Of a DNA stretch of 64,000 nucleotides, positions 37,666 to 51,517 are shown piece after piece. Origin of the DNA: the human T2T-CHM13v2.0 reference genome, Homo sapiens. Made by a program: the position numbers and the translations under genes. A model generated the notes under the pieces. That model was not told the origin of the DNA, ran no database searches, and was given only the letters and a program-made list of their open reading frames with translations. How positions within the stretch are numbered: position 1 is the first letter of the stretch; each line of letters opens with the position of its first letter. The stretch is taken from NCBI RefSeq assembly GCF_009914755.1, contig NC_060936.1; one strand, written 5' to 3'.

Positions 37666-40600
37666 TATCATTTCTATATGTAACATGTCAGATTTTTTTA
37701 GTGTAGCAATTGCAATACTTTTTCATTATCTCATAGCTGATCATTAGTTGGTTGTCTTTGTATAGATTCTTATTTCAGTCTTCTTAGAAATATCCACTTC
37801 GGAATAAAAGATTGTGGCCCATCTCTTCACCTTCTTGGGCTCAGTTAAAGGCAGCATTCTTTCGTTAACTTTGAAAATAAATAGATTGCTACAGATTGAT
37901 GAAAAGGACGTGAAATTTTGTTGAAGTACAAAAGAAAACAAACAAAACTAACCTAATGTGCCTCATATGCCAAATTTTCCCATGTTTACTTAATTTTTTT
38001 CTCTTATGTCATGATTTCAAAAATCTTTTATTCTGATAATTAATGACAGTAAAATTAATGTACATCTTGGAAGACTACATAGGCACATGCCACATCGAAG
38101 ATTGTTTACTGCAAGCAACATAAGAATTTTCCTTTACTTGTTTAATTGGGCTTTTGTCTTGAACTTGTCATTCTCTAATATATGCACTCGCTCAGACTTC
38201 ATGAGTTCTTAATGTCTCATCTTAATGTTCTCCATCAAAGATTACCATCTTATCTATTATGTAGAGTATCATATTTTTGAGATAATGAGGAACTGTATTA
38301 GCATGATCCTTTTTTGTTTTAAGGTCCACTCAACAGTTGTGATTGATCAGGTTACTTTAATCCTTTGATTCTCAACTTCTACAGTGCATAGTAAATTATT
38401 TGTGTTGCTTTTTAAAAATGCATACGCCAAGGAGTTTTCTTTCCTGGAAATTCTGAATCTGTAGATGTAGGTAGGGGCTAGACATTTGTCGAGTTTTTCT
38501 TTTTTAAAAAAAATTCTATTAAGTTATTCTGCTACCCCATGGGAATTATTAACCATTGTCCTATCTTTTTATATTTGTTGGTCAATGTATTCTATTTTCT
38601 TTCAGCCATTATTTTTCTAATTTTTGTTATTAATTAATATTGAGTCTCTTAAGGTTTTGTGGGTGGGTGTGCATACGTGTATGTGCTTATATTGTATCCC
38701 ATTGAAATTACTGAGAATTTTTTTCCATATAAGAAAGATGAAACAAACCCTAACAGAAACCAAATGAGTGTATGATGGACTGCTGTTTTTAATACTTAAG
38801 AAAAAAGTGAGTTTTAGCTGTAACTAAGAAACAAAAACTTGTCCTACGTCAAGATTAAAAAAAACAAAAACTTATTCCTTGTTTTCCTTGATGTGGGATA
38901 AGTGATCACAGTAAGAAAAGAATTCTTTATAGTGCAGGATTGGTATAATAGCACAGAGGGACTATCAAAGAAAGTCATACATGGAAAAAATACAGGCATA
39001 TTTGCTAAAATAGATGTAACATTATAGCTTAAGGAATATGATGCCTTGTATTTTTAAAGAGAAAGTATCTTTTTGCATAGAGGTGTTTACTTCTCATTTT
39101 TCTTTTCAGAACTTTCTCCGTATACATCTATTCAGTTAATAAGGTAGATATTAGTGCTTGAGGTAAAGTCAATTCAAATGTTAACTCATTCTCAAAATGA
39201 CTGTTCTTTGCATCCTAAATAACATTTGGGAAGAATTTTCCAAAGGAAGTATTTAGTTGACTCAATCAGTGTGTTAAAATTCAAAGTTGGAATTCCTGCT
39301 AACATGGTACAATAGTGAGTGGAAAGCACTCAAGAAATTAAGTTCAACATGTTGTTTTTATTTTGTCTCATTTTGAGCTCAGTTCATTAAAAATTCCAAC
39401 TTGATGCAAATAAGGTATGAACATTTAGGTTAAAACTTTTGTTTTGCTACTGTGTAAGGAATCTCTTTTAAGGCAATGACAGCTGCCTCCTCTCTTCCCC
39501 CTATTTTTTTTTTTTTTAATATCGTGTTTACTTAAAGATAGATCAGTTAGAAAAGGGGCTTTCCCTTTTGAAACTGTCATCTAGAGAGGTTTTTAAAATT
39601 TCATTCTGTAGTGATTTTCACAAGTTGTTTTCGTGGTTCTGGCTTGCCTTGTTTGTTTTTTTGATGTTATACTCCCTGTTGTTTTCGTTTTTTAACTTAA
39701 GGGATTTAGACGTTTCACAAATTATACCACATAGGAAAAGTGTTGAAACATTATCGAATTTTGATGTAGTTGACAGATTAAAAAGAATGCTAAGTAGAAA
39801 AATAGCCTGAAAAAGGCAAAAAAGAAAATGTAGTTTGTTTTAATATTTTATGCACACACCAGATAAATTATAACTGTACTGATTTAAAGGCGTATTTATG
39901 TTTCTTGGCCCATCTGTGGGTGCCTAAACTAAACATTCTCTGTATTGTTTTTTGGACATGTGAAAATTAGTTACTTATTATTACATTCATTTTGAAACCA
40001 GAAGGGTTTATTTTTTAATTTTTTTATATCATCTTCTCAAACTCTAGGGTTTTCCCCTCTGGTATTTTGTTTGCATGCATTTGGCCAAGCAGAATACATT
40101 TTAAAAACTTATCATTATAAGTACCTATACATTTCAAGATATTGCCACTACAGCTAGACATACAGACACACAAACTCATTTTGCATTTGCAGTCTTTGTT
40201 TCTGATGCTTGACTAAGTTGGTGATCTTTAATTCTGTGTATTATATTCCAGATGGCAAAAACCAGTCAATGCTGGTCACTTGAATAGTACTTATAAATAC
40301 TTTACCATCTTAATGAGAAAGTAAGGAATGAGGAGATTGTTTTCTAAAGCTTTACTTAGATCATTTTATGAAGATAATTTTCTGATATTTTTCTCTTCCT
40401 CTTATATTTAAATATTAGGGTATTGAATTAGGTACAATGAAGTTTTAACTTATTAGGCACATGAAATTTCTGCTACTTACAGTGAAAAAAGATGCAAAAT
40501 TGCTACATACACTTTAGTAGCTCTAAAATCATTGTGATGAAAATTCTCAGTATACTAATTTCCTATGTTAACCAAAGTTTGTTTTGTTGAGAGTTTTGGT

Positions 40601-41572
40601 CTTTTGTGCATTTTCTGAAAAGGTCAGATATATGCTAAATACTTTTTGTTAAGGATTGCTTTGAATTTTAGCAATGTAAAATATGTCACATGCCAGCTTG
40701 AGTATCACATGACTGCTGTATTCTTATTTTTCAAAAGCATCCACTTGCTAGTATTTTATTTGAACTCTTAAATTGTTTGTACCGTTTTATGAAGGAGAAC
40801 ATATTACATTTAGGAGACCAATATTTTCCCAGGGTGTAGAGTTACTTGTATTGTATAAAGTTCTTTTCCAAGGAGAGAGAAACAATTTTGTTTTCTCTTC
40901 CTTTGATATTTTCCCTTGATTGGATATTGCTAAGTTTTTGCTCAAAGAGAGGAAAAGTAAAAATTAAGATATGTAAGACCTGACAGCATATCTTTATTTG
41001 AATTCCACCATTTTGTTAATCCAAAGGTATAAAATAAATTTATAGTTTCAGTTATTTGATTGAATAAGGATTCTCATAAATTCCAGCTTTTATCATATGA
41101 TCAGATTTTTCCTGGACAAATAAAGATGTTTGCTGTTGCCAATAGAGTTTGGCCCACTAGCATGCTAGCTAGATACTAGTGATTGGTTTGGAGCTAAGGA
41201 CTTGGCTTGTCCTTTCTTATCCCTCCCACCAACTTAACCTCAGTGGAGGATTGAGAAAGATTTGGTAGTTGAGAATACTTCTGTGTGCCTCTGTGTTTCC
41301 TGGGCTTAGCCAGAACTTTGCATGCACAGCTATTCTTGTGGTTTTTCAAGCCAGGCCAAAACCAAAAGGTATTGGAAACCTTGCCAGAAGCCTCATTCTA
41401 ATATAGATTTAAAGCTTGCCTTTATACTGTGACTGGTCCATTAGCTGATAGTCAAAGGAATGAAGAGGAAACCTTCATTCTATTTTAGGAATAAAAATTT
41501 CAAGTTTCTGTTGTGTAGCAGACTTTTAAAAATAATTCCAAAGATAAAAAACCTTAAGATGTGTAGAGTTTA

Positions 41573-42717
41573 CATAAAAACCCTAGAAGAAAACCTGGGA
41601 AATACCATTCAGGACATAGGCATGGGCAAGGACTTCATAACTAAAACACCAAAAGCAATGGCAACAAAACCAAAATTGACAAATGGGATCTAATTAAACT
41701 AAAGAGCTTTTGCACAGCAAAAGAAACTACCATCAGAGTGAAGAGGCAACCTACAGAATGGGAGAAAATTTTTGCAGTCTACCCATCTGACAAAGGGCTA
41801 ATATCCAGAATCTACAAAGAACTCAAACAAATTTACAAAAAAAAAAAAAAAAACCATAACCCCATCAAAAAGTGGGCAAAGGATATGAACAGACACTTCT
41901 CAAAAGAAGACATCTATGCAGCCAACAGACACATGAAAAAATGCTCATCATCACTGGCCATCAGAGAAATGCAAATCAAAACCACAGTGAGATACCATCT
42001 CACACCAGTTAGAATGGCAGTCATTAAAAAGGAAACAACAGATGCTGGAGAGGATGTGGAGAAATAGGAACACTTTTACACTGTTGGTGGGAGTGTATAT
42101 TAGTTCAACCATTGTGGAAGACAGTGTGGTGATTCCTCAAGGATCTAGAACTAGAAATACCATTTGACCTAGCAATCCCATTACTGGGCATATACCCAAA
42201 GGGTTATAAATCATTCTACTATAAGAACACATGCACACGTATGTTTATTGCAGCACTATTCACAATAGCAAAGACTTGGAACTAACCCAAATGTCAGTGA
42301 TTTAGTTAGTAACTTAACCCAGTGATAGACTGGATTAAGAAAATGTGGCACATATACACAATGGAATACTATGCAGCCATAAAAAAGGATGAGTTCATGC
42401 CTTTGCAGGGATGTGGATGAAGCTGGAAACCATCATTCTCAGCAAACTATCACAAGGACAGAAAACCAAACACCGCATGTTTTCACTCATAGGTGGGAAT
42501 TGAACAATGAGATCACTTGGACACAGGAAGGGGAACATCACACACCAGGGCCTGTTGGGGGTTGGGGGGCTGGGGTAGGGATAGCATTAGGAGAAATACC
42601 TAATGTAACTGACGAGTTGATGGGTGCAACAAACCAACATGGCACGTGTATACCTATGTATCAAACCTGTACCTTGTGCACATGTACCCTAGAACTTAAA
42701 GTATAATAATAATAAAA
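41573..42717 (+). mobile_element. 5'-truncated L1PA (L1PA6/7-like): ORF2 C-terminus plus 3' UTR
   Basis: Track [14 protein letters not shown]...YHLTPVRMA; 17 bp TSD aagatgtgtagagttta (41556-41572 and 42718-42734) at a TT/AAGA endonuclease site. Confidence 0.96.
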
Positions 42718-45700
42718 AAGATGTGTAGAGTTTAGTTAGTTGTTTCAGACATGTAAGAACTCTTTTCCCTCTCAATAATTTTTCACTTACTAAAATGAAC
42801 TTTTCTGTTTTATACTACATCAGGTTAATATTTGTGACTAATGTTGCTCAGACCTGAATGTTGTAGCAATGTGAGTCTCATTCTATCAGAATATTCTTGA
42901 TTAATTACAGATTTCTGCTCATTATAACAAATTCAGGCCACTGTATCATTAGTTTCTTCCAAGGGCCATAATAAGATTATTTATTCATTTTGACCTGATT
43001 GAGATTTGACCTGTTCTGATGCAGTTGAAAGTTTTTTTCGAATCTGTTTCTAAGCTTGTTCAACAGGTTTCTATCTTCAGTAATAATGCTGGAGGACTGA
43101 TTATACAGTAGCATTTGTAAAGGGCATATTTCTTTAACAATATCAATCAATATAATGTCAATTATTTAGTTTTTAGTCTTTCATTATTCTAATGAACTGA
43201 ATTATCAGTAAGGTCTATCTAGATTCAAGCATTTTCAGTATTAGAGAAAAGCACTACCTAATTATACTGCAGGAAAAGTACTTGTATGTGTGTGCTACAG
43301 ATTTATTTTTATTTATTAGCCACCAATATTTCTGTTTGTGAAAGGCCACACAATATAGTTGTTACAGGCAAGGGAGATAAACTGATGAAATTTAGACATG
43401 CTTACACTCATTAAGGATATATACACAAAAAACTATTTGTAAAGATGATGGTCTGTAAAAGTTTACTTTTGATTTTTAAATTTCTTTCCGGTTTGAATAG
43501 ATATTGAGAATGGTTAAATTTATTATTTATTCTGAACTATAAAACAGACTGAAAAGAAAAGCAGAGATGTAATAATTAATGTGAGAGAGAATAGCATTTT
43601 AATATGTCTGTTTTGTTTCTGATTGCAACCCAATATTAAAATGGATGTTTTGTTTTTAATCCCTACCTTCTAGGTAATCAACTTTGGGAAACCTGATTTA
43701 TGAGAATATTGATTTTATACCAAGGATAAATTAATAGGGGATATAATAATTTGCCTTATCAAAATATCATTTTTTTTTGTCATGGTAACATATGCACTTA
43801 ATGCAAAATTGAAAAGATATAGAATTATGTATTATAAAAATTAATTTTGCTCCCATTGGTATTTGGGCATCAGTCTTCTCTTTTTCCTTTATCTTTTCCA
43901 GAGATGGGATAATATGCATAAAGTTGTCACATTTCTGATTTTCGGTAATTTGACTGTCAAATTGCTTTATAGCAATCGGAGGCAAATTCCATTTGAGAAC
44001 TAATCCATAGTCTGCTTTAGTTCATTTTACTCAGTTCATCAAGTTCAAAGGTTACTGTATTTTGTTGTTTTAGTAGGATATTCATGTAGCCAATTTTTTT
44101 GATAATTTTGTAACAACCCAATCTGAGCTGTTGTTAAATCAGCAAGCACTACTTGGTGCCATTTTATTATAGTGAGGTATTTCCATATCATTTACTATAG
44201 TAATAATTACCCTGAGCCACTTGGATGGCTTTGTCCCTTCCTCTGAGGCTTCTTCTCAACTCACAGTCAAGGTGGAGCTTGGAACTGCAGGGGACCTCTG
44301 GCCCTGTATCTGTTCTGGGGATGGCATCTCTTCTAATTTTTTGATGCCCAAACTGATGGATTTTAAATATTTTTATTCACCCTTAATGTAATCACATCTG
44401 TCAGGTACCAATGGTAACTTTAAACTGAGAAATAACTAATAGAAGTATTTATACTTGTTATCTAAGTTCACAAACTCATTCACTTAGTCTCACAATCTAG
44501 TCTGCCTCAAAATTTAGTCTTAACATGTTTGCTGTAATAACATTGATTTAAGTCAAACCTGTAATCTCTTAATGTTGATGGCTTTTCAGTATGAGGAAAA
44601 GTTCTAATCTTTGAGATCTATATTTTATGAATGGAACTGAATTAATTGGGAGGAAAATACTAATTTTAAAATAATATTTATAATAAATTTTAAAATATTT
44701 ATTTTAATCATCATAAACCTAGTAATTAAAACAATAATGTTGATCCTAGGTTGAATCCACAGAACATGAATTTCCTATGTCATAAAAAGTAGGTAATTTA
44801 ACTCTCAAACAACAAACTGTTAGAATACAGGATTTCACCATTAATGTAAAAAAAAATTAAGTGTCATAATTTGTCAGAATGCCTTCATCATTGGGAGAGA
44901 AGAAACTCTTCTTCTCCTCATATATGAGATAAAATGAGGAATCTAATACATAGAGAAACATGGTGCCTTGATGGAACACATGTAACCAACAGAAGAGGAG
45001 TTGTAAATAAAAGCCACATCATTTAAGGCTTGATTCAGGGCTCTTTTCAAGAGTATACCGCCTCCTTGCAAAGTTAATTCATATGTATTTAAACAAATAT
45101 TTTAGACATCTAGATGAGTTTATTTCTTCCCATGATCAGTGATTTTATATTTCAGAAAATGAGATGCATAGGCCTTTACTGTATTAATAACTAGGTGCTC
45201 TACTTAATTGTATGAATGATTATGAAGAGGTTATTTTGGTCAGAATTTTTTTTTCCCTTTCCTTTTTTTAAACTGAAACTGTAGCTCTTATTCAAGTCAC
45301 AAGGAATAATGTGGCATCTGAGGGAGAGGGATATCCATATGGCAGCCTTTCAAAAGGTTAAAGTATCTGGAAGGCAGACATGCAGAGTCTCTGTGCTGTA
45401 CTTAATTTTAGAAACTTCTTAATTTTAATGTGTTGTCCATGGCACAAAAGAAATTTTCACTGGGAGACTTTTGTGGTGTTTGAGGTAACAACTCTTATGT
45501 TACTAGATTCCCTTAACAACAAGGCCAACAGGAATGATTCCCTGTGTCCTGAAGATTTTCTTTGGCTTTCACAGCTTCCAAGGCACTTTATAGCGTGGCT
45601 AGACTTTATTGAATTTTCATGTTTAGATCTACACCCATAAGTTAACATTTTCCTTTTTGAATTGTGTAGTACTACTGCACTGTAATTCAAATACACAGAA

Positions 45701-48700
45701 AAATCTGAGATTCATTGCAATTCCAAATGCTTCAGATCTGTAACAGGATAAATTTTCAGCAGCCTCAACTTGACCTTGCTACTTCTCTTCCTTTTTTAAA
45801 TTAAGGAAAAATTTGGAAGGGAGAACTTGTTTGTTTCTTAATTCAGCTTTTCCAAAATTTTAGGTAATAGTTTCCATCACTATCACTCTTCAGACAACTG
45901 TAATTTACTCTTGAGAAACATGTACCTTCATTCTTCCCAAAGGTTGAGTTCACAGAGTCTGGATGTTGCCTAACTTCTGCCTGGCTGGGCTGCGGGAGAC
46001 CATGATCCTGGACTTGAATTTGGATCCAGATTTGAGTAAATGAAATTTTTAAATCTAAATTGAGTGTTTGTCCCAGAGAATTACAAAGAATTTTACATTG
46101 AACTTTTAGATCATCTCTTGATGATAGATTTTACTCATATTATTTCTTTTATATTCCAACAAAATTTTCTGAAACGTCTAAATACTGTTTTCAGAGATGC
46201 TTAATGTTTCTCCTCTAATACAACCATGTACCTCAGAGATTCTTGGTTCACTGATCTGAAGCTCTTTTAAAATACATGGCTATGTGTGTATTTGTGTGTA
46301 TGCATAATTAAATCAAGCTATCAGTTTATTCTTCTGAATTATAGGCAAACAAAGCTATAGATTGAAGTTTTAGACCTCCAAATTGGCTAAAGATATATTT
46401 AATTAAGCCAAGAGCCATTGGGGATTAAGACAAGTTGGTAACCAAGAACAGCATTCAGGGCCAAATCTAGTCATTTGCCATCATTTGGATACTATTTCTT
46501 CATTTTCATAGTCTTTTTTTAACCAGTCTCTTCATGATAAAATGGAGAATGTAAGTATTGTAGAAGAAATGTATATTAATAGACAAAGTATCCAGATGAG
46601 GTTCAAGTAATTATTACTTCATAGATGTACTTGCAGTAAATATATAATTATTACTGATAGTAAGTATATTTACAGTACTGCTTGCAAGAACATGTAAAAA
46701 CATAAACTCATGTAGTTCTTATTAGGATTAACTCTTTCACTACCAGAGAGAATAATTGCATTATCTTTAATTCTAGAGCATATACAAAAAAGTTCATGCA
46801 TGGTGCATGAATTATCAGTTTCTAACTTCCATGCATATGTGTAGCCCACCAAAATCAATGCTACATATTTTCATTCTTACACGTTGTCCATTAATGGAGA
46901 AAATTTTAATAGCATTTGAGTGTCTTTGGTATTTTTCCAGTACCTAGAACAGTGTTTAGGAAAATATTTATTGACTAAATGAATAATAAATGAATAATTG
47001 AGTGACTGATAAAAATGAAATAGCTGCTTAGTCCACGAAAAGAGAAATCTGCTTTACTGGGCTAGAAAAGCTAAGACAAATGGAAACAAATGGTTAAAAC
47101 TGATTTTTTTTTTGTACCACTGTGTCTTTTCATGTGATTTTGGCCATATTTATTAACCACAGTGTCTGTCTTCATTTGTAAGGCAGGTATGTAAAGTTCA
47201 TGGAGGAAAAATAGATGAATGATTCTGTAAAACGACTGCGATTCATCATTTTTACAAATGTACCTCATTCAAGTAGGCTCTCTTTTTGAATAATAAACTT
47301 ACGATTTGTTTGCAGTTTTGAGGGGATATGATAAGACATGCTAACAATTTAATATCCTTACAAAACTTGAAGTAATATTTTGCTGAAAAAAGGGCTTGTA
47401 CCAGAAAAAAAACATAAAAATATCTCTTCATAGCTTTAGCTTATTCATTTGGCAGATACCTTTCAGTTTTGCTCATGTTATTTTTAGTTAAAAATGAGAA
47501 AACAGAAGAAATAATAGAAATAAATTTTTTAAACGATAGAAAAAAGATGTTTAAATAATTTGTGATATTTTTCCAAGAAAGGTGAAATTGTGGTTGATTT
47601 CAGATGATACTTTATGATTATTTTGTATATACTATTATCCTCAAGCTAAACTAAGTGTATAATTACAGGTATAATCAACATAAAAGTTTTAATAATTTCT
47701 GTATGAAGGGACAAATAATCAGGCTTGCCTAAATCATGATTAATTTGTTTAGTTACTCAATGTATTTGTCATATATCTTCTATGTGTCAGGCACTGTTGT
47801 AGGTGCATTGGGTATTATCAGTGAGGTAAACACAGATTCCTAGTCTCTTAGGTCTTAAATTCTAGTTGAGAGATTATATTTGTTACACGTTTTGCTTCCT
47901 GCTTGCACTGTATCTTTATATTGTTCTCCATTTGTAAAGTATGACTTAATGGGTTGTTAGATAAAATTATTTTGTGACTTTCAATATAATTTAATTATTG
48001 TTGCTTACAATTAGCTATGTAGGATTCTTTTATGGTCACATAATCAGTACAAAGATGATATTAATATTTTGAAGACCTTATTCCTTAGACACATCTGCTC
48101 TGCAAATCTGGACAATCATTTAATTTGATGAGGCTGGAATCAGATCTGAAACAATGGGGCTATTTCAAGGGAGGAGAAATCTGTGGATTTGTTGGGACAA
48201 TGGACTGTAGTCTGGGTTGCAGTAGTCTACTTTGGCTATACTTATGTCATTCAAATTCCAGCATGCAATCAGTTCCACTAAAGAAATACACATCTAATTC
48301 TCACGTGTATTAACAGTTGGGGTGGTGTGGCATGATTTTTGACTTAATACCTTTGTTTTCTATGAGTTTATAATATACTTTTCCTTCCCAGAATTTATAG
48401 TCCTTCACACTATTTACTCACAGTTGAGCCCGTGGAGTAAAAAGAATGAATATTTCTTGTCTTAGATAATAACTTAAAAAATTGAGATCTCTGGTCGGTA
48501 CCAAATGGACTTGGTAACAATTTTGGTGACTTGTCTTGGTAGTTATAATTTGTAGCTTAGTGAACTTTTCAATAAATATTGGTACTGTTGATAGTATATA
48601 TTTATGTAATATCAGTTTTCACACAGGGATCATTACTTACCAAGTAGCTATTACATCAGCTGGTTATGTACAAGGCAGTCTAAAAAGCTGTTCATGAAGT

Positions 48701-48756
48701 TATAGTTCCCGTATTAAGAGACCTACAAATTTTTTAACACTTTAAAAATTATTCTT

Positions 48757-49050
<294 letters not shown>

Positions 49051-49762
49051 TAAAAATTATTCTTAAAGTGTGATAGTTTTCCTCAAGTTTAGTGAATTAA
49101 ATCCTCTTGGATAATACTACAAATCTCTGATAAAACTGTAGCTAAGACATAAATATGTTCAAAATCAACAAAACATTTTCTGCCCTTGATAGCATTCTTT
49201 TATATACAGAATATGTTGGTATGTATCTTGGCATTTCTATCTGTATATACTGTGAGAGTCTTAATGCTTTATGGGTGTTTAGAATAGTTGAAAATAGATT
49301 AGAAATGAAATTATTCTTTCATATATCTTTTTTTAATGTTGTAGAAGCTCAAGGAAGCCTCTTTGTCTTGGGTATCTGTAGAGACAGTTACAGAAGAAGA
49401 CAATCAGCAAATGTTAAGATTATATTATGAGATGTGAGAAACGTAAAGGAATCTCTGTGTATTATGATATATTAAACTGGAAGATAAATATTCAGTTATA
49501 CAATAATAGAGCAACTTATAAAGGCATGTGGCTAGTATCAATGTGTATTTGTATATCCACAGTGCTTAATCTAATAGTAGGGACAGTTTTGGAAATTACC
49601 TTATTTGCTTGGACTGTGGCACTAGTAATCACACAATGTTGAGCCATAGGACCAATGCTTAAACTCCTTGTTGTTATACAAGTTCTTTTAATACCCGACA
49701 CCTGCCTTCTTGCCTAATCATTTAGCTCCACTCTTAACTCCAGCTTCTGTACTCCAGCTATT

Positions 49763-51517
49763 AGTTTTGTTTTTAATTTTTTAGTTCCATAGGATTTTGG
49801 GGAAACAAGTGGTATTTGGTTACAAGAGTAAGTTCTTTCGTGGTGATTTGTGAGATTTTGGTGCATCCATCATCTGAGCAGTATGCACTGAACCCAATTT
49901 GTAGACTTTTATCCCTCACCCCCTTCCTACCCTTTCCCCCAAGTCCCCAAAATCCACTGTGTCATTCTTATGCCTTTGCAGCCTCATAGCTTAGCTCCCA
50001 CTTATAGATGAGAACATGTGATGTTTGGTTTTCCATTTCTGAGTTTCTTCACTTAGAACAATAGTCTTCAGTCCCATCCAGGTTTCTGTGAATGCCATTA
50101 ATTCATTCCTTTTTATGGCTGAGTACTATTCCATCATATATTTATACCGCAGTTTCTTTATCCACTCGTTGATTGATGGGCATTTGGGCTGGTTCCACAT
50201 TTTTGCAATTGTGAATTGTTCCGCTATAAACGTGTGTTCAAGTATCTTTTTCGTATAATGACTTCTTTTCCTCTGGGTACATACCCAGTAGTGGTATTGC
50301 TGGATCAGATGGTATTTCCACTTTTAGTTTTTTAAGGAATCTCCACGCTGTTTTCCATAGTGGTTGTACTAGTTTACATTCCCACCAGCAGTGTAAAACT
50401 GTTCTCTTTTCACCATATCCCTTCCAGCATCTATTATTTTTTGATTACGGCCATTCTTGCAGGAGTAAGATGGTATTGCATTGTGGTTTGATTTGCATTT
50501 CCCTGATCATTAGTGATGTTGAACATTTTTTTCATATGTTTGTTGCCATTTGTATACCTTCTTTTGAGAATTGTCTATTCATGTCCTTAGCCTACTTTTT
50601 GATGGGATTGTTTATTTTTTTCTTGCTGTTGTAAGTCCTAGCCAGAGCAATCAGACAATAGAAAGAAAAAGGGCATCCAAATTGGTAAAGAGAAAGTCAA
50701 ACTGTTGCTGTTTGCTGATGATATGATTGTATACCTAGTAAACCCTAAAGACTCCTCCAAAAAGCTCCTAGAACTGATAAATTAATTCAGCAGAGTTTCA
50801 GGATTCAAAGTTAATGTACACAGATCAGTAGCTCTGTCATACGCCAACAGCAACCAAACTGAGAATCAAATCAAGAACTCAACCCCTTTTACAATAGCTG
50901 CAAAAACATAAAATACTTAGGAATATACCTAACCAAAGCGTCAAAAGACTTCTACAAGGAAAACTAGAAAACACTGCTGAAAGAAATCATAGATGACACA
51001 AATGGAAATACATCCCATGCTCGTGGAAGGGTAGAATCAATATTGTGAAAATGACCATACTGCCAACAGCAGCCTACAAATTCAACCCAATTTCCATCAA
51101 AATACCACCTTTGGAGAAAGCAAACAAAAACAAGTGGGGAAAGGACACCCTTTTCAACAAATGGTGCTGGGATAATTGGCAAGCCACATCTAGGAGATTG
51201 AAACTGAATCCTCATCTCTCACCTTATACAAAAATCAGCTGAAGATGGATCAAGGACTTAAATCTAAGACCTGAAACTATAAAAATTCTGAAAGATAACA
51301 TTGAAGAAACCCTTCTAGGCATTGGCTTAGGCAAGGATTTCATGAGTAAGAACCCAAAAGCAAATGCAATAAAAACAAAGATAAATAGGTGGGACTTAAA
51401 CTACGGAGCTTTTGCATGGCAAAAGGAACAGTCAGCAGAGTAAACAGACGACCCACAGAGTGGGAGAAAATCTTCACCATCTGATTCAAAGGACTAATAT
51501 CCGGAATCGACAAGGAA
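49763..51517 (-). mobile_element. L1PB-type element with 5' inversion (minus 49763-50628, plus 50630-51517)
   Basis: L1PB1-like 3' UTR on minus; plus segment encodes RT motif [13 protein letters not shown]; TSD cagctatt (49755-49762 and 51518-51525). Confidence 0.9.

Noticed and set aside
41460-42706. Active L1 or functional ORF2
   Set aside because: About 1.1 kb, 5'-truncated and frameshifted
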